From the NCBI GenBank assembly GCA_028534125.1, contig CM052817.1, positions 66,528,001-66,592,000 on the forward strand: a stretch of 64,000 nt of DNA, written 5' to 3'. The stretch is from Lama glama (taxonomy: Eukaryota). A program made the translations under genes and the position numbers. Every line of letters starts with the position of its first letter. Position 1 is the stretch's first letter. Shown one piece after another: positions 25,786 through 39,810 of the stretch. Under the pieces are notes generated by a model that saw only the letters and a list, made by a program, of their open reading frames with translations, did no database searches and had not been told where the DNA came from.

Positions 25786-26861
25786 AAAGATATGCATTAT
25801 TTAATTTAAGAATTTAGAAGGAAAAAACAAATGAAATTATTTGTTCAGTCAGTACAAAAGCCAATTTGGGGAGCAAAGTCACCTCATTGACAGTTGCACA
25901 CTTTTCTAAATCACAATGATTACATTTCATGAATTATTATAACTGAGCTCACATCAGAGTATTTAGAGAAAATGGAATTAATATTTACTGGAGATTCTAC
26001 ATATTTACTCATTTAAACTTCTCAGTAGTTCTGTCAGGTAAGTATTAGTAAAGTCCACAGCTAATAAGTCCTGGAGCAGGCATTTCACACAGGTTTTTCA
26101 GATCTCAAAACATATATTCTTCTTGTAATAATTACTTTCAAGTTATTTAAAGAGATTCTACAACCATGTGAATACCTAATCAATAATAAATATAAAATAT
26201 TTTAAGGGAGTGTTAAATTGCATCATTTTATATTCTTACATTTATTTTTGTCTATGTAGTCACAGACATTGAAATTCTAACATGACTCACTCAGAACTTA
26301 ATTGAAAAATTAATCTGACGAAGGAAAATATCTTTTTCTTAGCCCAATTCACTTATTTAGATTATTCTTTTACATTAACTGTTCAGACTTGAATACTCAT
26401 AAAATGAAAAAGAAAAGGGTTTTTATAACCTTAGAAAGTATTTGCTTAGCTTTTTGACCTATCATTCTCTTTACAAGCTGTAGGAGGAAATTTTGTTTAA
26501 GATATGTTATGTAAACTATGTATCAGATTCTCCTTGAAATGGCTATCTTGGCTCGCTTTCACAGCACCCATTATGAACAATGGAACAAACGAAGTGACTT
26601 TTTTCTTTTTTACTAGTGAAACTTAAACAAGCATAGCAATTTGTTATAATAAGAAAAACAAGATGGTTTTAGCTCAACCATTGACTTTCCTTTTAGGAAC
26701 CTAAAGGTAAAGAGTGAAATGCTGCAGCCTTTTGATGGATTTTGCCTCCTATTAGGGATATGTCACAACCCTCCTATGGTTATTTCATTGTTTCTTTTAT
26801 TAATCAAGATTATTTATCATTACTGTATTAAAAATTTACCAGAATTAAAAAATTAGTATTC

Positions 26862-27190
26862 TGTGGCCAACCTTAAAGGTTTCTTCACCCAATCGCAATA
26901 TTTAACACCCCTTTCCCTTGCCTATTTCTACTACTGAAGCTGAGAAAGCCAGATTCTCACATTTTTTAACCACCATGCAGCTGGAGGTGGTCATGTGAGG
27001 CAGTTCTAGACAATGAGACCAAGGAGACATCTTTAGAGCTCTTGCTCTAAAAAAGGAAAAGAATAGATCTGGTTGACAGTAGCCAGCTTCCCCATTTCCC
27101 CTCCATGTATGCCCTTTCCTCCATCTTTTGGCTAAACATGAATATGATGTTTGGAACTGCAGTGTCCATTTTGAAACCATGGGACCATGA
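26862..27190 (+). mobile_element. Old MLT1-family LTR fragment
   Basis: tgcagctggaggtggtcatgtgaggcagttctagacaatgaga...ggaactgcagtgtccattttg. Confidence 0.5.
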
Positions 27191-27264
27191 TTTATTCTTT
27201 ATTTTTCTTAAATACTATTTCAGATTTTATTCTTCCCTCCATGACTAGAATGTAGCATGAATTG

Positions 27265-27490
27265 CGGTGTGTTTAGAATGTGAAGCCGTAAGTTAAAGTC
27301 CTTATTCAGCTACTTATTGGCTCTGCAATTTTGGGTGTCACTGATTTTTTTTTTGTACCATGATTGTAACATCTTTAAAAATAGGCATTAAAAAAAACTC
27401 TACCATGGAAGAATGTTATAAACATTAGAGATAAATTACATAAAGCCTAGGGCATTGTAAGTGCTTAACATGTGGTAGTTATTATTACTA
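27265..27490 (+). mobile_element. MIR SINE
   Basis: Decayed MIR core and 3' end (catctttaaaaatagg...gtaagtgcttaacatgtggtagttattatta). Confidence 0.6.
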
Positions 27491-27759
27491 CTTAAAAGTC
27501 TTTGAGTCTGTTTCATGGTATACATTTATCCTACACCTACAACATACATCCTTTCACATCAGTCCATACATCTGAAGTATCTCCCAACTGCTTACATTCC
27601 AGTGCCCCAAAATCCTTTTAAGGACAGTCTCTCAGTGCTGTCCTGCCCAGTGTTCACACCTCTTATCCAAGAAAGGGGCGGATCAGACTTTGAAGGGGTG
27701 CTGCTATGATGATAGCTATTCCTCTCAAGGAATTCAGCATTGTGTAATGAGTATCTTTA

Positions 27760-30658
27760 ATTTTTTCTGGTTAGTATTTAAACTTTTAATTATTAGAAAT
27801 TATAGATTCACATATATTTGGAAGAAATAATAGAGATTATGCATTTGGTAGTTTGTGTTTTGCAGGAAATTGGTCCATTTCATCTAACTTGTCAATGTTA
27901 TACGTGTAGAGTTGTTCAGAGTGCTCCCTTATTATCCTCTCGATGTCCACAGGGTCTATAGTGATATCTCTTCTTTCATTCAGACATTTGTCATTTGTAT
28001 GTTCTCTCTTTTTTCAGACTTTGAAAAAAGTCTTGCTAGAAGAATTGTCAATATTATTGATCTTTTAAATGAATCATCTCCTTGTTACACTGATGTTCTT
28101 TTCTATTTTTATATTTTCAATTTAATTGATTTCTACGCTATATATATTATTTTCTTCTTTCTTCTTGCTTAGAGTTTATTGTAATATTTTTCTAGATTGT
28201 TGAAGTGCAAGCCTAGATAATGGATTTGAGATTTTTTCCTCTTTTTTAATGTGTGTATTTTGTGCTATAAAATTTTCTTTCAACTCCGCTTTAGCTGTGT
28301 TCCACAAATTTTAATGTGTTGTATTTCACTTTTATTGAGTTTAATGTATTTTTTTTTATTTACCTTGAGATTTCTTCTTTGATTCTGGATTTTTTTAGAA
28401 GTGTACTGCTTGTTTTCCATGTTTGGAGATTTTCCTATTACCTTTCTGTTACTCATTTCTACTTTGCACATAGTTGGGAAAACCCATTCTATATGATTTA
28501 AATTATTTTAGATTTCCTGAGATTTGTTTATATCCCAGGATATGATCTGTCACAGTTTATATTCCATGGGCACTTGGAGATAATGTGTATTCTGCTATTG
28601 TTGGATGGAATGTTTTTTAAAATGCTGTATAGTTCCTTGTTGTTATATCAGTCATTGGATGATGGTGTGTTGAGTTCTGTATTTTTCCTTATTTTCTTTC
28701 CACTTCCTTTATCAATTTTTGAAAGAGATATTTATGTCTCCAACTATGGTATAAATTTGTCTATTCCTTCTATTAGTTCTGTCAGTTTTTAACCTCACAT
28801 ATTTTGCAGCTTTGGTACATACGCGTTTAGGATTATTATGTCTTTGGTGGATTGACCCTTTTATCATTATATAATGTCTCTTTCTGTTTCTGGTAATCTT
28901 TCCTCCGATGTCTCTTTTATCTAATATTAATATATAGCTACTCATGCTTTCCTTTGCAATGATCCCATGATATGTTGTTTTTTATCCTTTTACTTTTATC
29001 TGCCCATACTGCTTATTTGAAGTAAGTTTGCCCATACTGCTTATTTGAAGTAAGTTTCTTATAGAGAGCATATAATTAGATCATGTGTTTTAATCCACTC
29101 TACTAATCTCCATCTTTTAATTGTTCTCTTTAGACTACTTATAGTTACTGTAAATATTCGTATGTTAGGGCTTTTGACTGCCATTTTATTTTTTGTTTTT
29201 AGTTTGCTTTCTGCTTTTCACTTATCTGAGTTTTCTTCCTTGCCTTACTGTGTTTTCCTTAAATATTTTTTAAGATTTCTATTTTGATTTATTTCTAATA
29301 TTATGAGTGCCTTTCTCTGCTTGTCTCTAGATAGTGCTCTAGATAGTGTTACATATTTATAACTTATCACGGTCTACCTATGTCCTCATTTTACCTATTT
29401 GAATGAAGTATTGAATTCTCACCTCCCTTACCTTCCCTCTACCCCTCCACCACTTATGATACAAATGCCTTAGATATTCCATCTACATACATTTAAAACC
29501 ACCTCAGACAGTATTATAATTTTTGCTTCCCACCATCAAACATAATTTAGAAAACTCATAATTTAGAGAAAGAAAGACTATTGTGTTCACCTGTGTTTTT
29601 TACTTACTGTGCTCTTTCTTCCTTCCTCCTGTTCCACAATTCTTTTATCATACCCTTACTGTTTAGAGAAATTGTTTATGCATTACTTTAGGATATATCT
29701 GCTGGCAATAAATTTCATAAGTTTTCCATCAATCTGTAGGATGGCCTAATTTCCCTTCTCTCCTGAAGGATGACTTTGCTGGGCATAAGATTCTTGGTTG
29801 ACAGTTCTTCTAGCACTCGACAAATATTGTCCCGTTTTCTGGCGTCTATGGTTACTTCAGTGTTTCTGATTGTTTTTACACTGTAAGTAAGGTTTTGTTT
29901 CTTTCTCACTTATTTCAGAATTTTTCTTTGTCTTTAATTTTCAGAAGTATAATTGTGGTGTCTCTTGGCAGGGAAATCTTTGGGTTTAACCTATGTGTGG
30001 TTTGCTCAGTTTCTTGAACCTATAGCTTTGTCTCTTGCTAAATTCAGGATGTTTTCAGTCATTATTTCTTTGTGTACTTTTTCATCCCTACCCTCTTTCT
30101 TCTCTCTTCCTGGGACTCTATAATCACATAAATGTAAAACCTTTGTTATAATCTCACAGGTCTCTGACACCCTATTTTTTCCAGTCCATTTTCTCTCTGT
30201 TGTAAGATTGAGTATTTTTTATTGTTCTGTCTTTAAGTTTAATGTCTTTTCCTCCGTCCTTTGCATTCTGCTGTTGAGCCCATCCACGGAAGTTTCATTT
30301 TGACTATTGTATTTTTCAGTTCTAAAATTTCAAATAGGTTGTTTTTTTTACTTTCTATTACTTTGTTGAGATGTCCTATTTCCATGCTGAGGCACTTTAT
30401 TTTTTATTTATTTTGAGAATGATATATTTGCTTGTTGCAGAATTTTTGTCATGAATGTTTTAAAATCTATGTCAGATAATTATAAAATTCTTCTCATCTG
30501 GTGTTGGCATTTATTGATTGCCTCTTTTCATTCAGTTAAGAGATCTTTCTGATTCTTGGTATAACAATTGATTTTCTATTGAAATATGAAATTTCAGTTG
30601 TATTGAAGGAGAAGAAAAGAAGAAAGTCTAACTATTCCATCTTCCCAGAAGTAGAAGT
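27760..30658 (-). mobile_element. Old L1 (L1MC-like), antisense, with ORF2 endonuclease and ORF1 remnants and large internal deletions
   Basis: Minus ORF 28712-28945 contains RHYIMIKGSIHQ and IVGDIN, which are L1 ORF2 endonuclease motifs. The + strand is T-rich throughout. The reverse of 30635-30658 (acttctacttctgggaagatggaa) resembles an old L1 5' terminus. Confidence 0.88.
29001..29056. repeat. Perfect 28-bp tandem duplication
   Basis: tgcccatactgcttatttgaagtaagtt x2. Confidence 0.95.
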
Positions 30659-33600
30659 GCATAATTTTATGTATCTTTTAAAATGAATGTTTTATGTATT
30701 CTTTCTCTTTTAGGAAGAAATACTCAGTATAATGAAGTTGTTTATCAGGAATAAGTATATATGTATATAACGTCTTCATATTAAAATAGAATTGTGATTT
30801 ATAAATATACATGCAGTTTATTTTTAAGTACATCATCAATCCCACATTCCATCACAGGGTGCTGAAAAAATTCTCTTGGAAAAAGTCATGTATTTACTTC
30901 ATCAGTATGAGTGTTACTATTTTGTAACTAGCCTTCTGTCTGTTTCATACCTTAGTCTTTTTCCACTTTCTTTTTCTACTGCTTTTGATAGGTATAGATC
31001 TATATGTGCATGCACATGTACATGTGTACATATTATTTATGTATATTGAATTTTTCCTAAAACCAAACACTGTTGTCAATATAATTTCATCATTTTACTC
31101 TCCTCTTATTTTCATATTAAGTTGCTCATTAATAACTAACATCATAGGTTGGTTGTGCATTTTGCTGAACAAATATTAGACTACTCCATTTTAATCTTTC
31201 TATTTGAAGAACAGTTGTGCCAATCTCAACAAGTATTCTTAGGATTGCACAATTTATTTTAAGGAGAGGAAAATTTATTATTTTCAAATTTCAGTGCCAA
31301 TGTTTAGAAATGATGCCCATTTTCATCCTTGGAATTTAAAAAGAAGCAAAACTACCCAAATCAGATTTTTCTATTTAGAATATCTTCTGGGGAGAAATTT
31401 TGGGGGGATTGTTTCTAGTAGCCATTTCTGTGATTTTTCACATCTTTGTTGTATACCATTTATTAATATGCAAGCATAATACTAGTAACATGATTATGAA
31501 ATTGAAAACAGAAGTGATTAAACTGCTTATCATAGGCTAGAATATTAAAGGGTATCTGCATTGTTTTTTTATTTAATTAGATGTCCTTTTCTACATGGTG
31601 AGGTTTTTTGTTCTGATTCCAAAAACCCTGCTATTTCATTTTAAAAATTCAATGATATAAGCTGTAGCATTCCTCATATTAAAGTGTCATAGTGCCTCTG
31701 TGTGAGAAATTGTACTTCTGAGATTCCTCCTGGGAAGTCATGCTCTTTTGAATTCTCCTCTGTCTCAGAATTTCAGAGCTGAAGGAATCCCAGAGGTTAT
31801 CTTGTGCCTAACTTATACTAGAGTATAGTAACTCTGTGACACACTAATTTCTACTCGTTAAATCTAGTATACTTTGGGAAGAAATAGTAAGTTTATCTCT
31901 TTATGTAAAAATGCCAGTGACTAGATAATAGCCTGTGCAGAACTCTCATGTCCACTGACGCAAATTTTTAAGAAAATTTACAAACTAATGTTAGGATTTT
32001 TGTAAGTTCTTAATTGTTTTTCTCAAGTTCTATAGCCAAAACATATTCTTTTTGAGCTTTAAGCTAAAGAATGTGCAAGTATATTGCCAATAATGTTTTG
32101 CCCTACCATTCCTATCAAAGTCTTTTGAAAAGACTGAGTAATAACTATTCATATAAACTGAAAGACTAGGTCTCACTCGATATCAATATTCAACCACATA
32201 AGCAATCATAGTTACGCTGATATTTAAATAAGCTTAATTTAATCCACATAATAAACATTTTCATGTTAAGTACTATAGGCTTTAAGTAACTTCTTGTTGC
32301 TTACACGATGAATTAAAAACTTCTTATCAGACATATAAGTCACTTTTTGAAATGCCCACTTCCTTCTAATTCTGCAGTCTTATGGAAATTCTTAACCAGG
32401 TCATGCTTCATGACACCTCCTTGACTGTATACAATGTGTGCCTGTAGTCCAGAACTCCTTGTGTACATAGCAATCTCAGCTTAGGTCACCTCCTCTGTAA
32501 GACCTTTCCTGACCGTTTCTTCCTCTGTAGAGCTGAGCCACTTCCCTTTTGCCAGCACCGTACCTGACCCGTAGAGACTTTGTGTAATAGTACCTGAAAT
32601 GCTCAGTTCATTGCCCACACACAATTACATGACCCGGAGTGCCTTGAAGGCAGAGCTTTTTGTAAATCCCCTCCTTTGAAAAAAAAATCTGCAATTAAGG
32701 GCTTCACATAGTTCATAGTTCTAAGTAGGTTAATGCTGGGTTTTGCTTTGCATCCCCCAGCTGTTGGTTGAGAAAAGGGCTTTCATCCTTTCTTCCCACT
32801 TCTAAGCAGGACTTTCAGGAAATCCAGAAAGGCCTGAACAACTTTATTATTTGAGGCATCTAGATTATTGAAAAATGAAGAAATAGAGTAACATCTTTTT
32901 TTTTCAATCCAGCCATTTAATTTCTGTGACTGTGTATTGGCAATATGTCTGATTTTATTTGGAAAAAGTCTTGATTATAAGTTTTTGTTCCACAGTCCTC
33001 TCTCCACAACATGGCTTTGTTGATTGGCCCACTTCCTCAGCTATAATCATCTGTGTCTAAACTCAATGTGGTCCCAGCCATTGCTTCACAAAACACAATT
33101 TTAAAAAATGGTGGCCTTTGCAGTAGGTTATATCATCAATAGTAGAACACTTGGATTCTGCATGGCCTCTTCCAAGATGCTCAGATTAAGGAAACAAAGT
33201 TGGCATATAGTTACTCTGTATCTGCAGGGGGTAAAAAATAGTTCAGGATGAATATTCTCTCTCACTCTGACACAGAAATAAAATAATCTGTTTAAGACTA
33301 TTCCATTTCTGACTCTTAAGTTGAAGAATCAGACTCATCATTTTACTATTTCATTTATTAAATTGTAATATGTATTTTAAAAGAATTTATTGAAACAAAT
33401 TTCAGTGTTATCTTTGACCTGCTGTAATATTCTTCTAAAATTAGTAAGTGTTTAAGTAAATTAACTCATCCAAAAGCAAAGACTTATTTCCTGCATACAT
33501 TTTTCTATTATTCTAATAATTGGCTTTTAGGCAAGTCCCTAATATTTTATATTATTCTTTTAAGAAGGATATCAGTATTATTAAAGACTAACCAGTACTT

Positions 33601-33690
33601 ACTCCAGTCAGTAATTTTTGTTATATTGTACTAAGATGAGTTTCTCTGTAAATAATTGAACTAAAAATAATCTTTTTCACCTGAAAACAG

Positions 33691-33796
33691 AATGACATTG
33701 ATGAACTTGATAATATTCTCACATCCACATTCAAACGTGAGATACCATATTATGAGTTCCGATCACTCCAAACTGAAATCTACCCTCAAAAAGAAC
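33691..33796 (+). CDS. BANK1: BANK1 coding exon (exon 6 equivalent), 106 nt, phase 0 to 1
   Basis: Acceptor ctgaaaacag|AAT, donor AAC|gtgagt. Translates NDIDELDNILTSTFKREIPYYEFRSLQTEIYPQKE, versus human NSIEELDGVLTSIFKHEIPYYEFQSLQTEICSQNK. Confidence 0.95.
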
Positions 33797-33954
33797 GTGA
33801 GTATTTTCCAACTGTATCAGTTATTCTTTGTCATATTTCACTGTATGTAACTACTTAGTAAATTATTATAGCAAAGAATGTAACTAGCTGCATTGCAAAC
33901 GAGATGTTTTAGACAATTCCCATCCCCTGATGAAAGAGCTGATTTTTATTTTAA

Positions 33955-34415
33955 GAAAATGTCTGGGTAATGTGTGATGGAAATTACTCATCATAGAATT
34001 ATTTATAATTGCCAAAAATGAAGATAACTTAATCCTCCAAAGATAGGTAATTGATCAAATAAATTTTGGTGCATCCATTAATGCAACCATCATAAACAGA
34101 TTTTATCGTAAATTGATTTGCTGGCTGTAGCGATGCTTTGATGTATATGTAATTGAATAAAAGCAGGATATATAGCAGTAGGTAGAGTGTGATCCTCTGT
34201 TTTAAAAAGTATATACATTTCATAGCATATGTTTATATATATATGTATGTATAAATAAATTGATGATCTGGACAGATATGCACCTGTTAACATTAGTTAT
34301 GTTTGGGTTGTGCAATTTCAGGGATTCTGTTTTTTTCATTTTACTTAGTCTGTGTTTTCTATGATGACTGCATACTATTTGTATCATAGAAATATATATA
34401 TATATATATATATAA
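33955..34415 (+). mobile_element. Decayed L1ME-type 3' fragment ending in a (TA)n run
   Basis: ttatttataattgccaaaaa...aaataaattttggtgcatccat; (TA)n at ~34392-34413. Confidence 0.55.
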
Positions 34416-35439
34416 AGAAAATTATATATAGGAGTTACTATGAGAAAAAACATACTTCTGAATGTTATTATGAGCTCAGTAGCCTATTTTCTATATTGTT
34501 TCTTCCTGCATTTTTGGTTGACACACTATTTATAATCTACTTATGTGCCCAGTATTTGCCAAACACTATGATGGAGATGTAACAGTGAGTAAGACAGGCT
34601 TGGAACTAAAGAATACGAGGGGTACCCGTAGGCATACTGTAGGACTAATGAGCACAAGTTTTTTCTGTAGCATTCCTGGGCTATTTGAAGCAGTTTTATC
34701 GTCAGGCTGGCAGGCCTGAGGGGTGTGGAAAGAAAAGAATAGAAGTCTTAAGGCACAGCCAAGTATGATTCACCTGGATGTGTGACAGCCTATATTTTGT
34801 ATGGTGATATTACATACGGGAAAGGTCAGTGACAGGCTAGTTTTGAGTAAGTGTTCTTGTGAAAGTAGTGAAAACGTATTTTTATATCCCATATGCATTT
34901 TAACAGTATACTTAGAAAAGTCAGCTATTAGGCTAGGCTAGAAAAGGAACATGATATGATTCCTCATCATTTGACTGGGGGAAACAAGATAACATATATG
35001 TAACAGTAGAAGGAAACGATGTGCTGCACTTTGTGGAACTGATTATGCTGACAGTAGAATTTCAGAGAAAAGCTATATCATTTTTCAAGACGTGCTTCAT
35101 AAAGGAGGTGGGATTTTACCTGGGTCTTAAATGATGTGTCCCAGGGAGGAAAGAGAAAGGAAACAGGAGTTGTGTGGAAGAGAAAGTGTATGCACAAAAT
35201 GGAATTGTGACACAATTTTTACAAATCCCCTCAGCGTTATATTTGTCTAGGTTTGTGAGATGAGCATTGTGGGATTGAAAGAACAGAATGGTTTTGGTCT
35301 CTCATTTTATAGGTAAGGAAATCTAAGTAGGTTTGAAAGTGCTTCTCAGTATCTTATTTAGGTTGTAGAATAAGAATTTTAGAGTGGCAAGAATGGAATC
35401 GATTTGGTCTTTATTTTTATAGAAAAAGAATTCTGGCTG

Positions 35440-35752
35440 GGTTAAATTGGATTTTGTGATTGTGTGGATCTGATTCAACAGGTTTGGGGTACAGTTAAGC
35501 ATCTCCTTTTTAAACAAGTTTCCTGGTAAAGCTGATGCTGTTAGTCCTCAGACCTTTCATTGAGTATCAAGGATTTAGAGCAATGGTTCTCAAACTTGGA
35601 GAATATATAATTAACTGCAGAGCTTCTAGGACATCCCATGCCTAAGCCACATGCCCAAATTAATGAAGAATCTGGGAGTGAGTCCCTGGTATCAGCACTT
35701 TTTAAGTTTCCCAGGTGATTCCAATGGATAGCCAAGTGTATCAGCCTCTCAT
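35440..35752. mobile_element. Adjacent MER5A/MER5B-like hAT MITEs
   Basis: tctgattcaacaggtttgggg...aacaagtttcctggtaaagctgatgctg followed by caatggttctcaaactt...ttcccaggtgattccaat. Confidence 0.65.
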
Positions 35753-37179
35753 TGCTTCAGTGTATTGCAGACCTGCCAGATAACTCATCTGCATACTTAC
35801 CTGTGACACAGAGAAAATATTACTCTCTCTTTACAAAGGTTGGAAACTTAATAGCATATGAAAATTTTGGACCAATACTAGAATTTAATGATTATTCTGT
35901 ATTTGAAAAAATATTTTAACAAAACAATTACACTTTTTAAAAGAAGCTTAAAATGGAAAGTTCAATATAATCTAGGTAATTCATTCAGAAACCATGTTTC
36001 CTGGGTATTGCTAGATAACAGATGCTATTAAACCCATAACAGAAGCAAACAACCCTCTAACATTAGGCTCTAACTCCTAGTGAAAGTGCAAAGTAACAAT
36101 ACCAATTACGTAATAAAAATATGCAAGGCAGACATGAATATGGCTGAACTCATGTTTTGCTTGCCTCCTTGACTCTATAATCTTGGATCAATGCCAGCTT
36201 CAGAATATCTGGTCTTTAAGACCTTGCACCTGCATTTTCATAATGTTCAAGTTGAATTGGTAAGATTTGAAAAGACTTCATACATAAAGTGGAATTAATG
36301 GTAGGTATTTGGGGAGCTTCTGTAGAAACACCACTAGAGATAGTCTGAGAGGAAAATTCAGCAAACAATGAATTCGGTGTAATTCCAGACTTCCATACCT
36401 GAGAACAGCTCTCCAATTGTTTGGTGAAATTTTTACTTATTAAACATTTATTATTTATTACTCTATTTTGGCTGAAATAAATTGGAGGTTAGGACCATGT
36501 GAGGGGAAGAGAGCCATGAGGAACTAAGAGAGCATCCTTGAGTACTGAGCTGTCCTATGGATGAGCCATGGAATTACCCACAGATACCTATGGTTCTTTA
36601 AAAGTATGGAGCAAAATTCTGTGTTAATCAAAGCTATGTATCTTATTACTACTCCATCCTCTTTTCTTTTTCAAGTTGATTTTGGTAAAATCTTAGCTTA
36701 GTTCACTGTCACTTGATTTGTAATAAGTAAATTGCCATTTCATGCCACTATGTCTTGGTCATTTTTGCTCCAGTCTAGCCAATAAACTTCCTCAGTTGAT
36801 TTTTTTTTCCTTGAGTAGTCAGAGTTGAGGGGGTGGGAGTATTGCAGAGATAAGATCGAAAGTATACAAGAAATCAAATCTGCTTTAATGTTCTCTTACC
36901 CTGTAGTGCGTCAGTATTGATTTAAAAATACCATTTTCCATTGGTAAGAATTTTCCATAGAAAAAAAGTTCTCCCTGGAACTAGAAAAGGTTTCCAAATG
37001 TGCTTAATATATTACTGTAATGTAGGACTTTGGAACATAACAGTTATAGAAATAATTCATGAATGACTTTTTAGTGTATGAATCATCAGGGGCTGTGAAA
37101 TCAATATAGGAGATTATAATAGGGAATTTTTTACTGATATGTAAGACACTCAAATAGAAAATATCAGAGTGCATTTCTT

Positions 37180-37662
37180 TTTTTAAATTTTATTTTATTG
37201 AGGTAAGAACACTTAACATGAAATCTACCCTCTTAACAAATTTTTAGGGGTATAATTCACTATTTATTGACGGTAGGTACAGTGATGTACAGCCAATCTC
37301 TAGAGATAATTCGTCCTGCTTTTCCGTTATATGTTATTACAAGAAATTGAGTATACCAAACTCCTGATTTACCCCTTTCCCACCCATTCCTCTTTGGTAA
37401 CCATAATTTGTTTTCTATTTCTGTGAGTCTGTTTTTGGTTTATAAAAAAAATGTGTTTTTTTTTATATTCCACATATAAGTGGTATGATATGATACTTGT
37501 CTTTGTCTGGCTTACTTTACTTAAAATGATCATCTATCGGTCCAGCCGTGTTGCTGCAAAAGACATTATTTACTTCTTTTTATGGCTGAGTAATAGTCCG
37601 TTCTATATATTTACCACATCTTCTTTATCCAGTCATCTGTCGACAGACATCTAGGTTGTTTC
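37180..37662 (-). mobile_element. 5'-truncated LINE-1 3' end, antisense, composite tail
   Basis: T-rich start and L1 3' sequence. 15-bp TSD cagagtgYatttctt at 37165-37179 and 37663-37677 (one mismatch). Confidence 0.88.
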
Positions 37663-38424
37663 CAGAGTGTATTTCTTAAAATAAGATTAAATATCACTGT
37701 GAGCAACTTCTGTTTTGATTGTAGATGCATATAAAAACACACATGGTCTGGGCCACCATGAAATCACTTTGAATGCCACTGACTTGGTATGGTGGTGAGG
37801 TGGAACAGCACACCTGGGCAAATGCAATTGCATTAGTGTCTCTGTAGCTCTCCCCTGTTCTGAGCTTTAAGCTATCTTCTTCAGAGTCTTATAAAAGTTT
37901 TATTGCAGCAGGTACATGAATTTCCCTAACTTCTCTTCAGAACCTTTCAAAGTCTGGGTAATGCTGAGAATCTCCTTATTGGAAAAAAATAAGTCATTTA
38001 GCTAGTTTTTAAAAGTGGCTACAGTTGCTTCTTAAATCACCGTAAGTGGCAGTTAGTTTATGGAAAAGGAAACTGAGTTACTTTGAGGCAGATCATGTGC
38101 CTTCACCCAGAAAGGAGAACTGGCTTAGTAAAGCCCATGCCTATTTCTAGCAAAGCATGTCAAAGTGTATAACCATTTACAAGTACTGGTATCTTAATCT
38201 GAAAGAGGACAGCATACAATCACCAGTGATATGTGAAAGTATTAACTCAGAATATTATCTCTTAATATGTCTATGAAGTGTGGAGCATGTAACTGGATAT
38301 TTAGTATGGATGTGGTAGTCACTGTAGCTCTAAGATTTCTCTTGGACTTTTAATATCTCTAGATTCACAGAAAATAGCTCATTTGCTATCTGAGTAGAGG
38401 AGAACTAAATGTCATCGAGTTGTT

Positions 38425-39810
38425 TCTCTTTGTGTTAGCAAATAATTTAAACATGCAGAAAAATGTGGAGAACAATAAAACAAATTTGTACCTGTCATTT
38501 AGCATCACCAAATCTTAACATTTTGTCTCATTTGCTTCAGATCATTTTTTAAGAAGTAAAATATTACAGATCTAGTTGAATTTCTTTATACTTCCCTCTG
38601 TGATTCCACACATTTGAAAAGCAACTATTACTTAATTTAATTTCCTGGTGATTGTTCCCATGCAGTGCTTCATCCTTTTACTGAAAATGTCTGTTTCCAT
38701 AATTCATATACATTCTTGTGAAGTTTTATAGATTTTGTGTAAATGATATCACACTTTCCATCAACTTACTATTTTTGCCCAATACTAATTTTTTATATTT
38801 ATACATGTCTTTATGTAGATCTAGGTCATTCATTTGATATATTCTGTAGCATCAAATTGTTTGACTATACCATAATGTGTGTCTTTTTCCTATAAATGGA
38901 TAATAATGTTTCCAATTTTTTTATTGTTGTGATTAATTCTACAATGAACATTCTTGCATATGAATACCTATGTGTGTGTGATAGTTGCACAGGAAATACA
39001 GTTACCAATAGAATTTCTGAGTTAAACAGTGATGTACTTTAGTGCTAACTATGTTTAAATTTCTGTGGAAAATATTTGTATCAATTTATAAATAATTCCA
39101 CCATCAGTATTGTGCCATTGCTCCATATCTTTTCAATGTAAAATTTGTGAGGCAGTTTGACAGGTGTGATGTGTTATCTCACATTTTAATTAATGTTTTC
39201 ATTACAAATATAGTTGAGCATTTTTCTTCTGTTTATTTACAATTTCATTTTTCTTCAATGAATTTCTATTTAATAGTCTCCATTTATTTCTGTTGGTTAT
39301 TTTTTTCTTATTGAATTTTGGGAGATTTTTCTCTTTCAATATATATATATGTATTCTGAATAGTAACATTTTTCAGTTATATACATTGCAAATGTCTACC
39401 TAATTGATGGTTTGTCTTTTAATTTATGTGGTATCTTATGTAGGCATATAATTCAATTCATAATAAAACTTATCTATTAGAGTTTATTATTATTATTTGA
39501 ATTGTTTTTGCTCTTACTCTTCCTTTCATATGACCCTATCATATTTAGGATCAGTTTGTCAAATTCCATGAAAGGCTCTAATAAAATTAAAATTAAATAT
39601 AATTAGTTTGGTAAAAACTGCCATTTGTATTACACTTGATTCATTCCGTCCATAAGCATGATACTTTATTTATTTGAGTCTTTTTATGTCTTTCCAAAAA
39701 ATATAATATTTTATGAAATTCTTGAAAATTTTTGTTATATTTATTTCTAGTTATTTTATGGTTTTGTTAACATCAAAATGCCTTACTTTAAAATTATATT
39801 TTTAAATTAT
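38425..39810 (-). mobile_element. Ancient L1ME-type 3' fragment, antisense
   Basis: aacattttgtctcatttgcttcagatc...acaatgaacattcttgcat...gttgagcattttt...ttaggatcagtttgtcaaattcc. Confidence 0.7.

Noticed and set aside
28280..28945. Minus-strand ORFs with endonuclease-like motifs as an independent gene
   Set aside because: They are frameshifted remnants of L1 ORF2.
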